Assembly (NCBI RefSeq): GCF_000621645.1
Contig: NZ_JHXR01000004.1
Location: 210,001 to 242,000 of the forward strand
DNA length: 32,000 nt
Direction of reading: 5' to 3'
DNA from: Vibrio cholerae ATCC 14035
Lineage (GTDB): Bacteria > Pseudomonadota > Gammaproteobacteria > Enterobacterales > Vibrionaceae
This document shows, one piece after another, positions 1 to 8,674 of this stretch. The notes under the pieces are model-generated. The model was not told the DNA's origin and made no database searches. It saw only the letters and a list, made by a program, of their open reading frames with translations. The first letter of the stretch is position 1. Each line of letters opens with the position of its first letter. The translations under genes and the position numbers were made by a program.

Positions 1-16
1 CAGATTCCTTTTACTT

Positions 17-51
17 AAAGCCGCAGTACGCACGTCTCGTACTGCAGCTTT
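17..51 (-). terminator. Stem-loop just downstream of the binding-protein gene (possible intra-operon attenuator or mRNA-stabilising hairpin)
   Basis: Inverted repeat aaagccgcagtacg (17-30) / cgtactgcagcttt (38-51): 14 bp with one mismatch and a 7-nt loop, 27 nt past the stop at 78. Only a short U run follows on the minus transcript, so full termination is uncertain. Confidence 0.4.
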
Positions 52-77
52 AAGGTGGTCGGGATTATAGTTATCAA

Positions 78-1106
78 TTAACGGATAGGTGGTGCGTACA
101 TAAAGCCGCCCGCATTCCAGAGTGCATTCACACCGCGGTCAATTTTTAGTGGTGAGCCAGAGCCGACCGTGCGATCGAAGCTTTCGCCGTAGTTACCCAC
201 TTGCTTAACAATTTGGTAGCTACAGTCATCACGAATGCCAAGACCCGTTCCTTTCGGACCATCAAGACCAAGGATACGTTTTACTTCTGGGTTGTCTGAC
301 TTCATCATCTCATCGACGTTTTTCGATGTGATACCGTACTCTTCAGCATTGACCATGGCGTACAGTACCCATTTAGCGACGTTGAACCACTTATCATCAT
401 CCTGACGAACCACAGGACCTAGAGGCTCTTTAGAGATGATTTCAGGTAGAACGACCGCAGAGTCTGGTTTTTCTAAATTGAGGCGCAGTGCATACAGACC
501 TGATTGGTCAGTCGTCAGAACATCACAACGACCAGCATCAAAGCCTTTTGAAGTTTGAGCTGCAGTATCAAATACCACAGGTTTGTAAGTCATACCGCTA
601 TTGCGGAAGTAGTCTGCCAAGTTGAGTTCTGTTGTGGTGCCCGATTGAACACAGACTGACGCGCCATTCAGTTCTTTGGCGCTTTTCACACCCAAATCTT
701 TTTTCACCATGAAACCTTGGCCGTCGTAGTAGTTCACCCCGACAAAGTTAAGACCCAGGGCGCTATCACGTTGCAGAGTCCATGTTGTGTTACGAGACAG
801 AACATCAATTTCACCGGATTGCAGCGCAGTGAAACGCTCTTTTGCGGTGAGTGGTACAAATTTAACTTTGGTTTTATCGCCTAGAACCGCTGCTGCCATT
901 GCTTGGCAATATTCAACGTCGATCCCTTCCCATTCCCCTTTTGCATTTGGGTTAGAAAAACCCGGTAAGCCTGTACTGACGCCACAAGTAATAAAACCTT
1001 GAGATAACACTTTGTCTAGAGTGCTTTCTGCGGCTGATGCCGAGAGGCTCAGCATGGCAGACGAGGCTGCGACGACAGAAGCAAGAACAGTGAGTTTATT
1101 CGCCAT
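78..1106 (-). CDS. aapJ: General L-amino-acid ABC transporter periplasmic substrate-binding protein (AapJ/BztA family)
   Basis: 342-aa ORF with a signal peptide (…SLSASA/AE). Near end-to-end similarity, from memory, to Rhizobium AapJ (KERFTALQSGEIDVLSRNTTWT, CVQSGTTTELNLADYF, ISKEPLGPVVRQ, GSPLKI.RG.NALW). The permease and ATPase genes would lie left of the window. Confidence 0.88.
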   Translation of the reverse strand: MANKLTVLASVVAASSAMLSLSASAAESTLDKVLSQGFITCGVSTGLPGFSNPNAKGEWEGIDVEYCQAMAAAVLGDKTKVKFVPLTAKERFTALQSGEIDVLSRNTTWTLQRDSALGLNFVGVNYYDGQGFMVKKDLGVKSAKELNGASVCVQSGTTTELNLADYFRNSGMTYKPVVFDTAAQTSKGFDAGRCDVLTTDQSGLYALRLNLEKPDSAVVLPEIISKEPLGPVVRQDDDKWFNVAKWVLYAMVNAEEYGITSKNVDEMMKSDNPEVKRILGLDGPKGTGLGIRDDCSYQIVKQVGNYGESFDRTVGSGSPLKIDRGVNALWNAGGFMYAPPIR

Positions 1107-1395
1107 TTGTATCCTTCCTGTTTGATCCGTTTTTGACCAGGTGACACCTGATACAAGAGTTCAGCTATGTTGTGTTTCTTCAGTTATAGGTTGATGCCTA
1201 TGTGGTTGCACATTGACAAATCAACCAGTTGTAAGCGTAGGTAAGGATGTCAGATTTCTCAAACAACGAGTGAAAAGAGTTGCTTAATTTCCCCATTCCT
1301 TAACTGCGCCAGAATGGCGAAGTGTTAAATAAATGTAAATAGTGCAACTGAGTGACAGAGTGGTGCAACAGGATGGCGTGGCGGTGAGTGAACGA

Positions 1396-1448
1396 AGTTC
1401 TAATTAATAGTTCTATTAATTTGTTAAGGATCAGTCGGATCCACTGAT
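1396..1448. repeat. AT-rich tandem direct repeat plus adjacent palindrome in a divergent intergenic region (possible operator)
   Basis: agttctaattaat (1396-1408) is followed directly by agttctattaat (1409-1420). Then atcagt (1430-1435) / actgat (1443-1448) flank cggatcc. Sits about 110-165 bp upstream of the CysG-like gene. Confidence 0.3.
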
Positions 1449-1560
1449 TTATGGGTGAAATTTGCACAGATTTTATTTCATTCTGGTTATTAGATGCTTT
1501 TCTTGCCCCATTTTTGGTAGCATGAGTGCCAGTTAAGGATGGACAACCATAAGATGTACT

Positions 1561-2499
1561 ATGCGCTATTTTCCTCTGTTTTTGGATTTGACCAATAAAC
1601 CCGTTTTGGTCGTCGGGGGCGGCGAAGTGGCCTGCCGAAAGATTGATGCGCTATTGAGAGCGGATGCTAAAGTCACCGTGATTTCGCCGCAAGTGGCTCC
1701 CGCTTTACAGGCTTGGATTGAACAGGGGAAATGTCACTGGATTCAGCATTTTTATTCATCACACTGGTTAGATAAACGTTATGTTCAAGTATGGGCAACC
1801 ACAGATAATCCAGAATTGAATCATCAAGTCTACAAGGATGCGAAAGAGCAGGGCATATTAGTCAATGTGGTGGATGATCAGCCATACTGCGACTTCATTA
1901 CCCCCTCAATGATTGAAAGAGGCCGCATTCAGCTCGCCATTTCCAGCGGCGGCGCATCTCCAGTGTTGATTCGCAATATTCGTGAAACCTTGGAAGCCGT
2001 TTTAGCGCAAAATCTCGCACTTTTGGCGGATTTCGGTGCTTCAAAGCGTAATTCGATCAAAGATTTCTTACCGAGTGTTGATCTACGTCGTCAATTTTGG
2101 GAGCGATTTTTTGCCCATCCGGAAGTCAAAAATGCGCAAGATAGAGAGTCATTAGAACGCATATATATTCATCTGCTTACTCAATCTACGGACAAGGTTT
2201 CTGCAACGACGTGGATCGAGTTTGGAGCGGATGTTGAGCTATTGTCACTGAAAGCGCTGCGCTATATGCAACAAGCTGAGTTGGTGCTGCATACCCAAGA
2301 TTGTCCATTTGTGTTTGTGGATTTGTGTCGTCGAGATGCACAGCGACAGAGCTTCAACTCATCGGTTGAATTGAGCACTTTACTCTTACAAGCTCAACAA
2401 GAAACACAAAACGTGTGTGTGTTGATCCCTTCCGGAAGTAGTGAATACGCCTTGCTACAAGGCAAAGCCACAGTACTCAAAATGGCTCAGCAAGGTTAA
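1561..2499 (+). CDS. Siroheme-synthase-like protein: CysG N-terminal precorrin-2 dehydrogenase/ferrochelatase module plus a degenerate, truncated methyltransferase remnant
   Basis: The N-terminus (FLDLTNKPVLVVGGGEVACRKIDALL, ISSGGASPVL, RRQFWERFF) matches the CysG/Met8 Rossmann and chelatase part. The last ~95 aa align to the start of the CysG SUMT domain, but GAGPGD is replaced by GADVE and GGDP by SGSS. The protein ends about 140 aa early. Confidence 0.75.
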   Translation: MRYFPLFLDLTNKPVLVVGGGEVACRKIDALLRADAKVTVISPQVAPALQAWIEQGKCHWIQHFYSSHWLDKRYVQVWATTDNPELNHQVYKDAKEQGILVNVVDDQPYCDFITPSMIERGRIQLAISSGGASPVLIRNIRETLEAVLAQNLALLADFGASKRNSIKDFLPSVDLRRQFWERFFAHPEVKNAQDRESLERIYIHLLTQSTDKVSATTWIEFGADVELLSLKALRYMQQAELVLHTQDCPFVFVDLCRRDAQRQSFNSSVELSTLLLQAQQETQNVCVLIPSGSSEYALLQGKATVLKMAQQG

Positions 2500-2521
2500 A
2501 AGACGAGGATAAAAGAGAGCA

Positions 2522-2544
2522 GGTAAGGCATAACACGCCTTACC
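2522..2544. terminator. Hairpin between convergent genes (possible terminator, mainly for the minus-strand phosphatase gene)
   Basis: Perfect 8-bp stem ggtaaggc / gccttacc with a 7-nt loop. The minus-strand transcript continues into ugcucucuuuua; there is no U tract on the plus side. Confidence 0.4.
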
Positions 2545-2564
2545 CAAAGCTTCCCCATCAAAAC

Positions 2565-3386
2565 TTAAGCTTCGCTGAAACAGCCTAGCGCAAAGCGTTC
2601 TATCGCCACGGCCACGCCATCGTGATCGTTGCTTAGCGTAATGTGATCCGCAATGTGTTTGGTCTCTTCCATAGCATTCGCCATTGCGATACCGAGGCCT
2701 GCGTATTGCAGCATGTGGTGATCGTTTTCCGCATCTCCCATACAAATCACTTCACTGGCTTGAATGCCTAAATGCGCTGCAATCGCTTGTACGCCGATGC
2801 CTTTATTACTGCCCGTGTTAAGAAATTCTAAAAAGAAGGGCGCACTTTGTACCACAGTAAATTCTTCACGCCATTGCGCTGGTAATTGAGCGATGGCTTG
2901 AGTGAGTTTTTCTGGCTCTCCGACGATCATCGCCTTAATGATCGGGTGGTCATCTGCCAATTGTGCAAAATCCATTTCGGTAATATTGAGGCCATTTATG
3001 CAGGCTTCCACTTCGGTATATTGGCTGGTTTTAGGGGTGATCAAACCGTGAATTTGGCTAAAGGCATGGGTATTGAGCCCAAACTCTTGCGCGAGTGTTG
3101 CCACACGCTTAGCCGCTTTGCCATCAATGATTTGTTGATGAATAATCTCCCCAGTACCGACATTCGCGACCATAGAGCCGTTGTAATAGAGTACATAGTC
3201 ATTTTCCGTGGTCAGATGTAACTCTTCCAATTTACTGCGCATGCCATCAAGAGGGCGGCCAGAAGCCAAAACCACTTGAATGCCTTGCTGACGAGCTTGA
3301 GCAATAGCCTGCTTGGTGCGAGGAGAGATCTGTTTTTGGCTATTGAGCAGTGTGCCATCCATATCGAGCGCAATCAGTTTGTACAT
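2565..3386 (-). CDS. Cof-type HAD-IIB sugar/pyridoxal-phosphate phosphatase
   Basis: 273 aa with HAD motif I (ALDMDGTLL), motif II (LASGR) and motif IV (GDAENDHHML). Length and cap region are typical of the Cof/YidA subfamily. Confidence 0.85.
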   Translation of the reverse strand: MYKLIALDMDGTLLNSQKQISPRTKQAIAQARQQGIQVVLASGRPLDGMRSKLEELHLTTENDYVLYYNGSMVANVGTGEIIHQQIIDGKAAKRVATLAQEFGLNTHAFSQIHGLITPKTSQYTEVEACINGLNITEMDFAQLADDHPIIKAMIVGEPEKLTQAIAQLPAQWREEFTVVQSAPFFLEFLNTGSNKGIGVQAIAAHLGIQASEVICMGDAENDHHMLQYAGLGIAMANAMEETKHIADHITLSNDHDGVAVAIERFALGCFSEA

Positions 3387-3730
3387 CGGGTACCTACATA
3401 AAGTGGAAAAAGAGAACGAGCTCGATTATATACACATCGTGCTTAAACTGTGAGCCACAGTGATAAAAAATGAAAATTAGAGCAATTTTGCGCTTTCCAT
3501 TCGTAGCAATTTGTTGCTCTAAGTCATCTGGTTATCCCCCAATTACTTGGAGTTGTAGGCAGGCGGTATATGACGAACCTAGATGCTCTATGTAATTAGG
3601 GTGAACAACGGTCGCCAATATCGCTGAAGCTTGAACTAAGAAGGGGATAGACGCATTTAATTTGACCTCGATCGCTATCTCCATTATGGTCTGCCACCTG
3701 CAACTGTTTATCCATGTTAGGTCGTTCATC

Positions 3731-4399
3731 TTGTACCGAATAAATGAAATGTTTGAGACTATCCAAGGCGAAGGCGTGTTTACTGGTGTTCCCGCGGTCT
3801 TTGTGCGCTTGCAAGGCTGCCCAGTCGGTTGTGCTTGGTGTGATACTAAGCAGACTTGGGAAACATTAGACTCAGACCAAACCTCATTCTCACAAATTTT
3901 GCTGAAAACCAATGATGCGCCAACTTGGTGTCAGGCCACTGCGCAAGAGGTGGTTCAACGCTACCAAGCGCAAGGTTATCAGGCAAAACATATCGTCATT
4001 ACGGGCGGTGAGCCCTGCATTTACGATTTGACCGAGTTAACTCAAGCGTTTGAAGCAATGGGTTGCCGATGCCAAATTGAAACCAGTGGTACTTACGAAG
4101 TCTGTGCGACCGAGAACACTTGGGTGACAGTGTCACCCAAGGTCGCGATGAAAGGGAAGTTACCGATTCTGGATTCAGCCTTGCAACGTGCCAACGAAAT
4201 TAAACATCCCGTGGCGACCGAGAAAGATATCGACAATCTTGATGAGTTGCTTGCACGAGCTCAGGTCAGTGCTCAAACCGCAATCGCTTTGCAGCCGATT
4301 AGCCAAAAGCCGCGTGCGACAGAGTTGTGCATTCGCACCTGTATTGCTCGCAATTGGCGTTTATCTATCCAAACCCATAAATATCTCAACATTGCTTAA
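3731..4399 (+). CDS. queE: 7-carboxy-7-deazaguanine synthase QueE (radical SAM)
   Basis: INEMFETIQGEGVFTGVPAVFVRLQGCPVGCAWCDTK carries the CX3CX2C cluster motif and matches the E. coli QueE N-terminus (MQYPINEMFQTLQGEG). A TTG start at 3731 with aggt 8 nt upstream gives the homologous N-terminus. ATG at 3749 is the alternative. The ORF-track start at 3662 is an unlikely extension. Confidence 0.9.
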   Translation: MYRINEMFETIQGEGVFTGVPAVFVRLQGCPVGCAWCDTKQTWETLDSDQTSFSQILLKTNDAPTWCQATAQEVVQRYQAQGYQAKHIVITGGEPCIYDLTELTQAFEAMGCRCQIETSGTYEVCATENTWVTVSPKVAMKGKLPILDSALQRANEIKHPVATEKDIDNLDELLARAQVSAQTAIALQPISQKPRATELCIRTCIARNWRLSIQTHKYLNIA

Positions 4400-4411
4400 A
4401 GGGAGCGCATC

Positions 4412-5107
4412 ATGAAAAAAGCCGTCGTCGTGTTCAGTGGTGGGCAAGATTCAACCACCTGTTTAGTTCAGGCGTTAAAAGAGTTTGATGAAGTGCATGC
4501 GATCACCTTTGATTATGGCCAGCGCCATAAATTAGAGATAGAAGTGGCCCAGCAATTGGCGAAGCAGCTTGGCGTGACTGCGCATAAAGTCATGGACGTG
4601 AGTTTACTCAATGAGCTGGCCATCAGCTCGCTGACGCGTGATGACATTCCGGTTTCTCATGAGCTACAAGCCAATGGACTGCCGAATTCTTTTGTTCCGG
4701 GACGCAATATTCTGTTTTTAACTTTGGCGGGTATCTATGCTTACCAAATCGGCGCGACCACGGTCATTACTGGGGTTTGTGAGACGGATTTTTCCGGTTA
4801 TCCCGATTGCCGTGATGAATTCGTACAAGCGATGAACCAAGCACTCGCGAAAGGCATGGATCTGCCTTTAATGATTCGCACTCCATTGATGTGGCTGAAT
4901 AAAGCTGAGACGTGGGCATTGGCCGATCAACTGGGAGCATTGGATCTGGTTCGTCACCAAACGCTCACTTGTTATAACGGGTTGATAGGTGATGGCTGTG
5001 GTGAATGCCCAGCCTGTGGTTTACGTCAGGCTGGGCTTAAAGCGTATCTCGATAATCGCGATCTGATAATGAGTGCGCTTAAGAGCAAGCAGTCAGCAGC
5101 GCATTAG
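4412..5107 (+). CDS. queC: 7-cyano-7-deazaguanine (preQ0) synthase QueC
   Basis: 231 aa with the PP-loop motif [11 protein letters not shown] and a C-terminal Zn-binding Cys cluster (CYNG…GCGECPAC). Starts 12 nt after queE with a GGGAG ribosome-binding site, so this is a likely queEC operon. Confidence 0.95.
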   Translation: MKKAVVVFSGGQDSTTCLVQALKEFDEVHAITFDYGQRHKLEIEVAQQLAKQLGVTAHKVMDVSLLNELAISSLTRDDIPVSHELQANGLPNSFVPGRNILFLTLAGIYAYQIGATTVITGVCETDFSGYPDCRDEFVQAMNQALAKGMDLPLMIRTPLMWLNKAETWALADQLGALDLVRHQTLTCYNGLIGDGCGECPACGLRQAGLKAYLDNRDLIMSALKSKQSAAH

Positions 5108-7025
5108 TGGGATCGGCGGCATCGATTAAGCCGCCATTGCCGCTCTGTTTGGCGATGCTTAGAGCGCTATCCAGCTTAGGATAAAAGTGCGTAAAACTCG
5201 CCAAACCACTCTCTACCGCTAAATAGCTGAGGGTAACGCTCAAGCCAACTGTTGATTTAGCATCGGTTGGTGTTTTGCCATTTAACGCATGATGAAGCAC
5301 AAACAGCCGTGTTTCCGAAAGAGTACGTCTGCAGTTTGGCATAACCACCAAGAATTCATCATCCCCTAAGCGACACACAAACTCCTTGGCACGCAACTGG
5401 TGCAGCAAGGTATTGATTGTATTTTGTAACGCAATATCGCCCCGTTCATAGCCGTGACGTTCATTGAACTGCCTCAGTTGGTCAATATCCAATAGAGCAA
5501 GCAAATGGACATGCTCAGTTTGCTGGCAGGCTTCAATATGAGTTAATCGCTCTAATCCACTGGTGCGGCTTAATACTCCATGCAAGCTATCTTGTTGATT
5601 CTGATCGCACTCTTTTCTGCGACGATAATGGGCAATGGGCAGAATCAGTGCAAACACAATCACTAATAGTGAAAGTGAAACACGTTGCCACTTCAACATT
5701 TCATATTTTTCGGCCAACGCTTGGTAGTTTTCTCGCCAAAAATTGACGCCGCGTTTTTGTTCTAATTCCGCTTTCGCCAGATCGAGCGCTTCAAAAGCTT
5801 TACGCTGCTCTGTGTTGCGCAGCAACAGCTCACTCTCAGCATATTGGCGATACCAGCTTAATGCCTCTTGGTATTGCTGCTCAGCCTCCGCAATTTTGGC
5901 TAACTGTAAATAAGCTTGCGCTTTAATGCGTGGCAGAGAAGCGCTCTCGCTAATCGCGACAGCTTGATTAGCATAGTCAATCGCTTGCGCGTATTTCTGC
6001 TCTTTGAAATGGGCTTGCGCAAGTGATAAGTAAATCAGTCCCTGCAAATGTTGGTCTTTATGTTGATTGACATACTCGAGAGCCTGAAAGAGATGTTGGT
6101 CGCCTTCAACGAAATTATTGAGTTCAATGTACGCTTTGCCTAAACCTAGGTGCACGTAAGCCAACCCAAACAGATAATTAGCGGGAGTAAGATGGGCTTT
6201 CGCTTGTTCAAAATAGAGGATGCTTTCTTCATATCGACCTTGCTTGAAGTAAGTATCACCCAAACTGTGTTCTACTTGCGCGATAAGTAGTGGGTTGCCT
6301 TGTTCGAGTCGATACTCCAATGCTTTATTGAGGTAGTCCAAGGCCGATTCATACTGGCCTAATGTCCCCATCAGAAGCCCGACATCGTTATAAATACCGG
6401 ATGGGTCGACATAATCAGGCAGCAGACTGAGTAGCAGATCGTAAGTTTGCAGCGCCTCTTCATATTCCCCTAAGAACTCCAAATTATTGGCGACGAGGTG
6501 TAGGCCGCGATAGCGAGGAAATAGGGGATCTTCAGCATTAAGAAGGCGCTGATCCATCTGTGAGCAATAGAAACGAGCTTGGTACGGGCGGCCATGCCGC
6601 TGGAAAAGACGACAAAGATGGTATTCAAATAGCACCATGCCATCTTGGTCGTTTTTTTGTTTCATCTCGGCGTAGAAGGTTAAGTAGGTTTCTTCTGCAG
6701 AGTGGTAATCGAGACTTTCTTCATGATTCAACGCGTCTAGGAAGCGTTGTTCTGTCAGCGCGTAAGTATCATGGGAATTGACCAATTCACCATAATAGGG
6801 CTGCCCTTTGAGCACGAAATAGCCGTGTAATTTAGAGGTTAAATAGAGTTTTTCTGCCCCTTCAGGAAGGGAATGGTAGCGATCCTGTAATAGTTTTAGG
6901 GCCGTCTCTGTTTGTTTGTGTTGAGATTTGGCGTAAACCTCTTCCCATGCAGATCGTTCAGAGGCGACGCAGAATGAGGACATTAGGCTAAAGACAAGCA
7001 ACGAGCGTTTAAAATAGAGTTTCAT
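5079..7025 (-). CDS. Periplasmic-TPR / transmembrane / GGDEF-domain protein with a degenerate GDDEF active-site motif
   Basis: The likely start is [23 protein letters not shown] (signal-like) at 7025. About 420 aa of TPR-like repeats follow, then a TM helix ([16 protein letters not shown]) and a C-terminal GGDEF fold ([20 protein letters not shown]…CRLGDDEF). The second Gly codon is GAT at 5361-5363. The 3' end overlaps queC by 29 bp (convergent). From gene order I believe this is the V. cholerae VC1367 (cdgE) locus; not verified. Confidence 0.8.
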   Translation of the reverse strand: MKLYFKRSLLVFSLMSSFCVASERSAWEEVYAKSQHKQTETALKLLQDRYHSLPEGAEKLYLTSKLHGYFVLKGQPYYGELVNSHDTYALTEQRFLDALNHEESLDYHSAEETYLTFYAEMKQKNDQDGMVLFEYHLCRLFQRHGRPYQARFYCSQMDQRLLNAEDPLFPRYRGLHLVANNLEFLGEYEEALQTYDLLLSLLPDYVDPSGIYNDVGLLMGTLGQYESALDYLNKALEYRLEQGNPLLIAQVEHSLGDTYFKQGRYEESILYFEQAKAHLTPANYLFGLAYVHLGLGKAYIELNNFVEGDQHLFQALEYVNQHKDQHLQGLIYLSLAQAHFKEQKYAQAIDYANQAVAISESASLPRIKAQAYLQLAKIAEAEQQYQEALSWYRQYAESELLLRNTEQRKAFEALDLAKAELEQKRGVNFWRENYQALAEKYEMLKWQRVSLSLLVIVFALILPIAHYRRRKECDQNQQDSLHGVLSRTSGLERLTHIEACQQTEHVHLLALLDIDQLRQFNERHGYERGDIALQNTINTLLHQLRAKEFVCRLGDDEFLVVMPNCRRTLSETRLFVLHHALNGKTPTDAKSTVGLSVTLSYLAVESGLASFTHFYPKLDSALSIAKQSGNGGLIDAADPTNALLTACS

Positions 7026-7218
7026 GTTCTGAATATGTGATGTTAGTTCGGAAAATATATTCCTCATTAACTTGATAAACAATGAGTTATTCTGATTGCT
7101 ATCTCATTTTGTGATAGTCGCAGCAGGCTAATGTATTAAACGTGCGATTGAAACGTACATCATTGGCTTGTTTATCATTTGACGCCCTATCGAACTGTAT
7201 TAAAAAACAGTATTCCGG

Positions 7219-7246
7219 TTGACAAGAGTATAAAGTTGACTATGCT
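7219..7246 (+). promoter_or_regulatory. Putative sigma-70 promoter for the small ORF
   Basis: TTGACA (7219-7224), a 16-nt spacer, then TATGCT (7241-7246). The implied leader of about 25 nt contains the AGGAGG ribosome-binding site. Confidence 0.35.
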
Positions 7247-7276
7247 GTAATTATGTACAGTGAAGGAGGGCATAAT

Positions 7277-7501
7277 ATGTTTTGGGACACACTCGAACGT
7301 GTTAATCGTCTGCGTCAGCAAGCGATGAATAACCCTGAATTTCTTCAATCTGCCAAACAGCATGAGGAAACTTTGCAGCACGTTGAACAATACTTTGAAC
7401 CGAAGAAATATCGCAAAAGTAACCAAAAACGCCAAAAAACCTTGGCCGATATCTATGATCAAGCCGATTTTGGTGAACGTACTGATGATGTCACTCATTA
7501 G
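7277..7501 (+). CDS. Small hydrophilic hypothetical protein (74 aa)
   Basis: ATG at 7277 is preceded by a perfect AGGAGG (7264-7269) at 7-nt spacing. The product is K/E/Q-rich and I recognise no domain. The antisense 103-aa ORF looks like a Phe/Leu-rich shadow. Confidence 0.55.
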   Translation: MFWDTLERVNRLRQQAMNNPEFLQSAKQHEETLQHVEQYFEPKKYRKSNQKRQKTLADIYDQADFGERTDDVTH

Positions 7502-7566
7502 TTAAACCTGTAAATAACCGACAAATCATCTCGGTAGACACACAATCCTTTCTCAATTCAAACGCT

Positions 7567-7592
7567 GAGTGTTGTCCATAAGGGCAACACTC
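7567..7592 (+). other. Stable hairpin downstream of the small ORF (no U tract)
   Basis: gagtgttgtcc / gggcaacactc forms an 11-bp stem including one G-U pair, with loop auaa. It is followed by gcgaatc, so it is not a classical intrinsic terminator. Confidence 0.35.
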
Positions 7593-7657
7593 GCGAATCA
7601 CCGATTAGCAACTACACTAAACCATAGAACAATATTCATACAGATTCATAGGTTGGC

Positions 7658-8674
7658 ATGTTTTTGGCTCGGCAATCCCGAAGATGGATAGTTTACCTAT
7701 CGATCCTCGCCATCGCTTTCGTAGCGTGGCGATGGCTGACTCCTTTGGCAACCGCGATTAGCGTTAACGCCAATGCTGCTCCAATCAAAATAGCGGTATC
7801 ACAAACACCTCTTTCTTCCCCTTTTTATCTTGCTGATCAGCTGGGCTTTTTTAAGCAGCAGGGGATTGATGTTGAGCTCGTGGCATGCAGTGGTGGAGTG
7901 CAATGCAGCCAAGCCTTGTTTCAAGGGGCGGTGAGTTATGCGACGGCGTCAGAATCTGTGGCAATGTTTAGCAGCTTCGAGCGTCAGGATTTTCTTATTC
8001 TTGCTAGCTTTGTGCAATCAGATAACGATTTGAAGCTCCTTGCATTAGAAAGTGAGACGATTCGCTCGGTTGCGGATTTACACAACAAACGTGTCGGTAT
8101 GATCAGAGCGAGCGCCAGTGAGTTCTATTTTGATTCATTACTTTTGGCCAATAACTTGAAAGGTATTCCAATCGATAAAGTGTATGGCACTGCGGATCAG
8201 CTTTATCAGCAGTTATTTGATAAACAGCTGGATGCCATTTCGATTTGGGAGCCTTGGGGATACAAAATTGGGGTTGCTGCGGAATCGAAAGTGACCAACC
8301 TGAGTTTACCGGGCATTTACACCTTATCGTTTAATTTATTAACCATGAAACCGACGACGGAAGAAGAAAAGCAGCGCAGTCTTGCGATTTTAAAAGCCCT
8401 GAAGCAAGCGATTGATTGGATTCATCAAAACCCAGAACGCACTCGATACCGAGTGGCAGGTGTGCTGAATATTGATGAAAAACAGCTGAGATGGTCATGG
8501 CAAGATTATTCATTTCGTCTCTCGCTCGGTAATACGTTATTAACGAACTTACAACTTCAGGGACGCTGGGCATTAGAAAACAAGTTAGTGCATGGTCAAT
8601 TGCCCGATTATCGGCAATTAATGGCTGACGACCTGTTGAGCGAAGCGGTGAAAAACGATGGAGGCCAGCCTTGA
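7658..8674 (+). CDS. Orphan periplasmic substrate-binding protein, NMT1/SsuA/TauA (nitrate/sulfonate/bicarbonate) family
   Basis: 338 aa with an N-terminal signal/anchor (IVYLSILAIAFVAW…ANA/AP). IKIAVSQTPLSSPFYLADQLGFFKQQGIDVELV…ALFQGAVSYA is typical of the SsuA/NMT1 fold. No permease or ATPase gene is adjacent. Its stop overlaps the next gene's start. Confidence 0.75.
   Translation: MFLARQSRRWIVYLSILAIAFVAWRWLTPLATAISVNANAAPIKIAVSQTPLSSPFYLADQLGFFKQQGIDVELVACSGGVQCSQALFQGAVSYATASESVAMFSSFERQDFLILASFVQSDNDLKLLALESETIRSVADLHNKRVGMIRASASEFYFDSLLLANNLKGIPIDKVYGTADQLYQQLFDKQLDAISIWEPWGYKIGVAAESKVTNLSLPGIYTLSFNLLTMKPTTEEEKQRSLAILKALKQAIDWIHQNPERTRYRVAGVLNIDEKQLRWSWQDYSFRLSLGNTLLTNLQLQGRWALENKLVHGQLPDYRQLMADDLLSEAVKNDGGQP

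Noticed and set aside
1170-1215. Sigma-54-like element (tggttgca) upstream of the aapJ-like gene
   Set aside because: The GG and GC dinucleotides are not at the required 10-bp spacing on either strand. The resemblance is superficial.
3662-3730. N-terminal extension of the queE ORF (MTSIAISIMVCHLQLF…), together with the overlapping minus-strand ORFs 3532-3912 and 3596-3814
   Set aside because: The extension has no counterpart in QueE homologs, whose N-terminus aligns with …YRINEMFETIQGEG. The overlapping minus ORFs have no motifs and lie in the promoter/leader region.
3387-3748. Possible preQ1 riboswitch or other leader upstream of queE-queC
   Set aside because: I read the 360-bp region on the plus strand and could not find the preQ1-I or preQ1-II consensus hairpin with its A-rich tail. 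This rests on visual inspection only; a covariance-model scan would settle it.
7187-7498. 103-aa minus-strand ORF antisense to the 74-aa small gene
   Set aside because: Its Phe/Leu/Ile-rich composition is what the complement of a K/E/Q-rich gene produces. The plus-strand ORF has a perfect AGGAGG ribosome-binding site at ideal spacing and the minus ORF has none.
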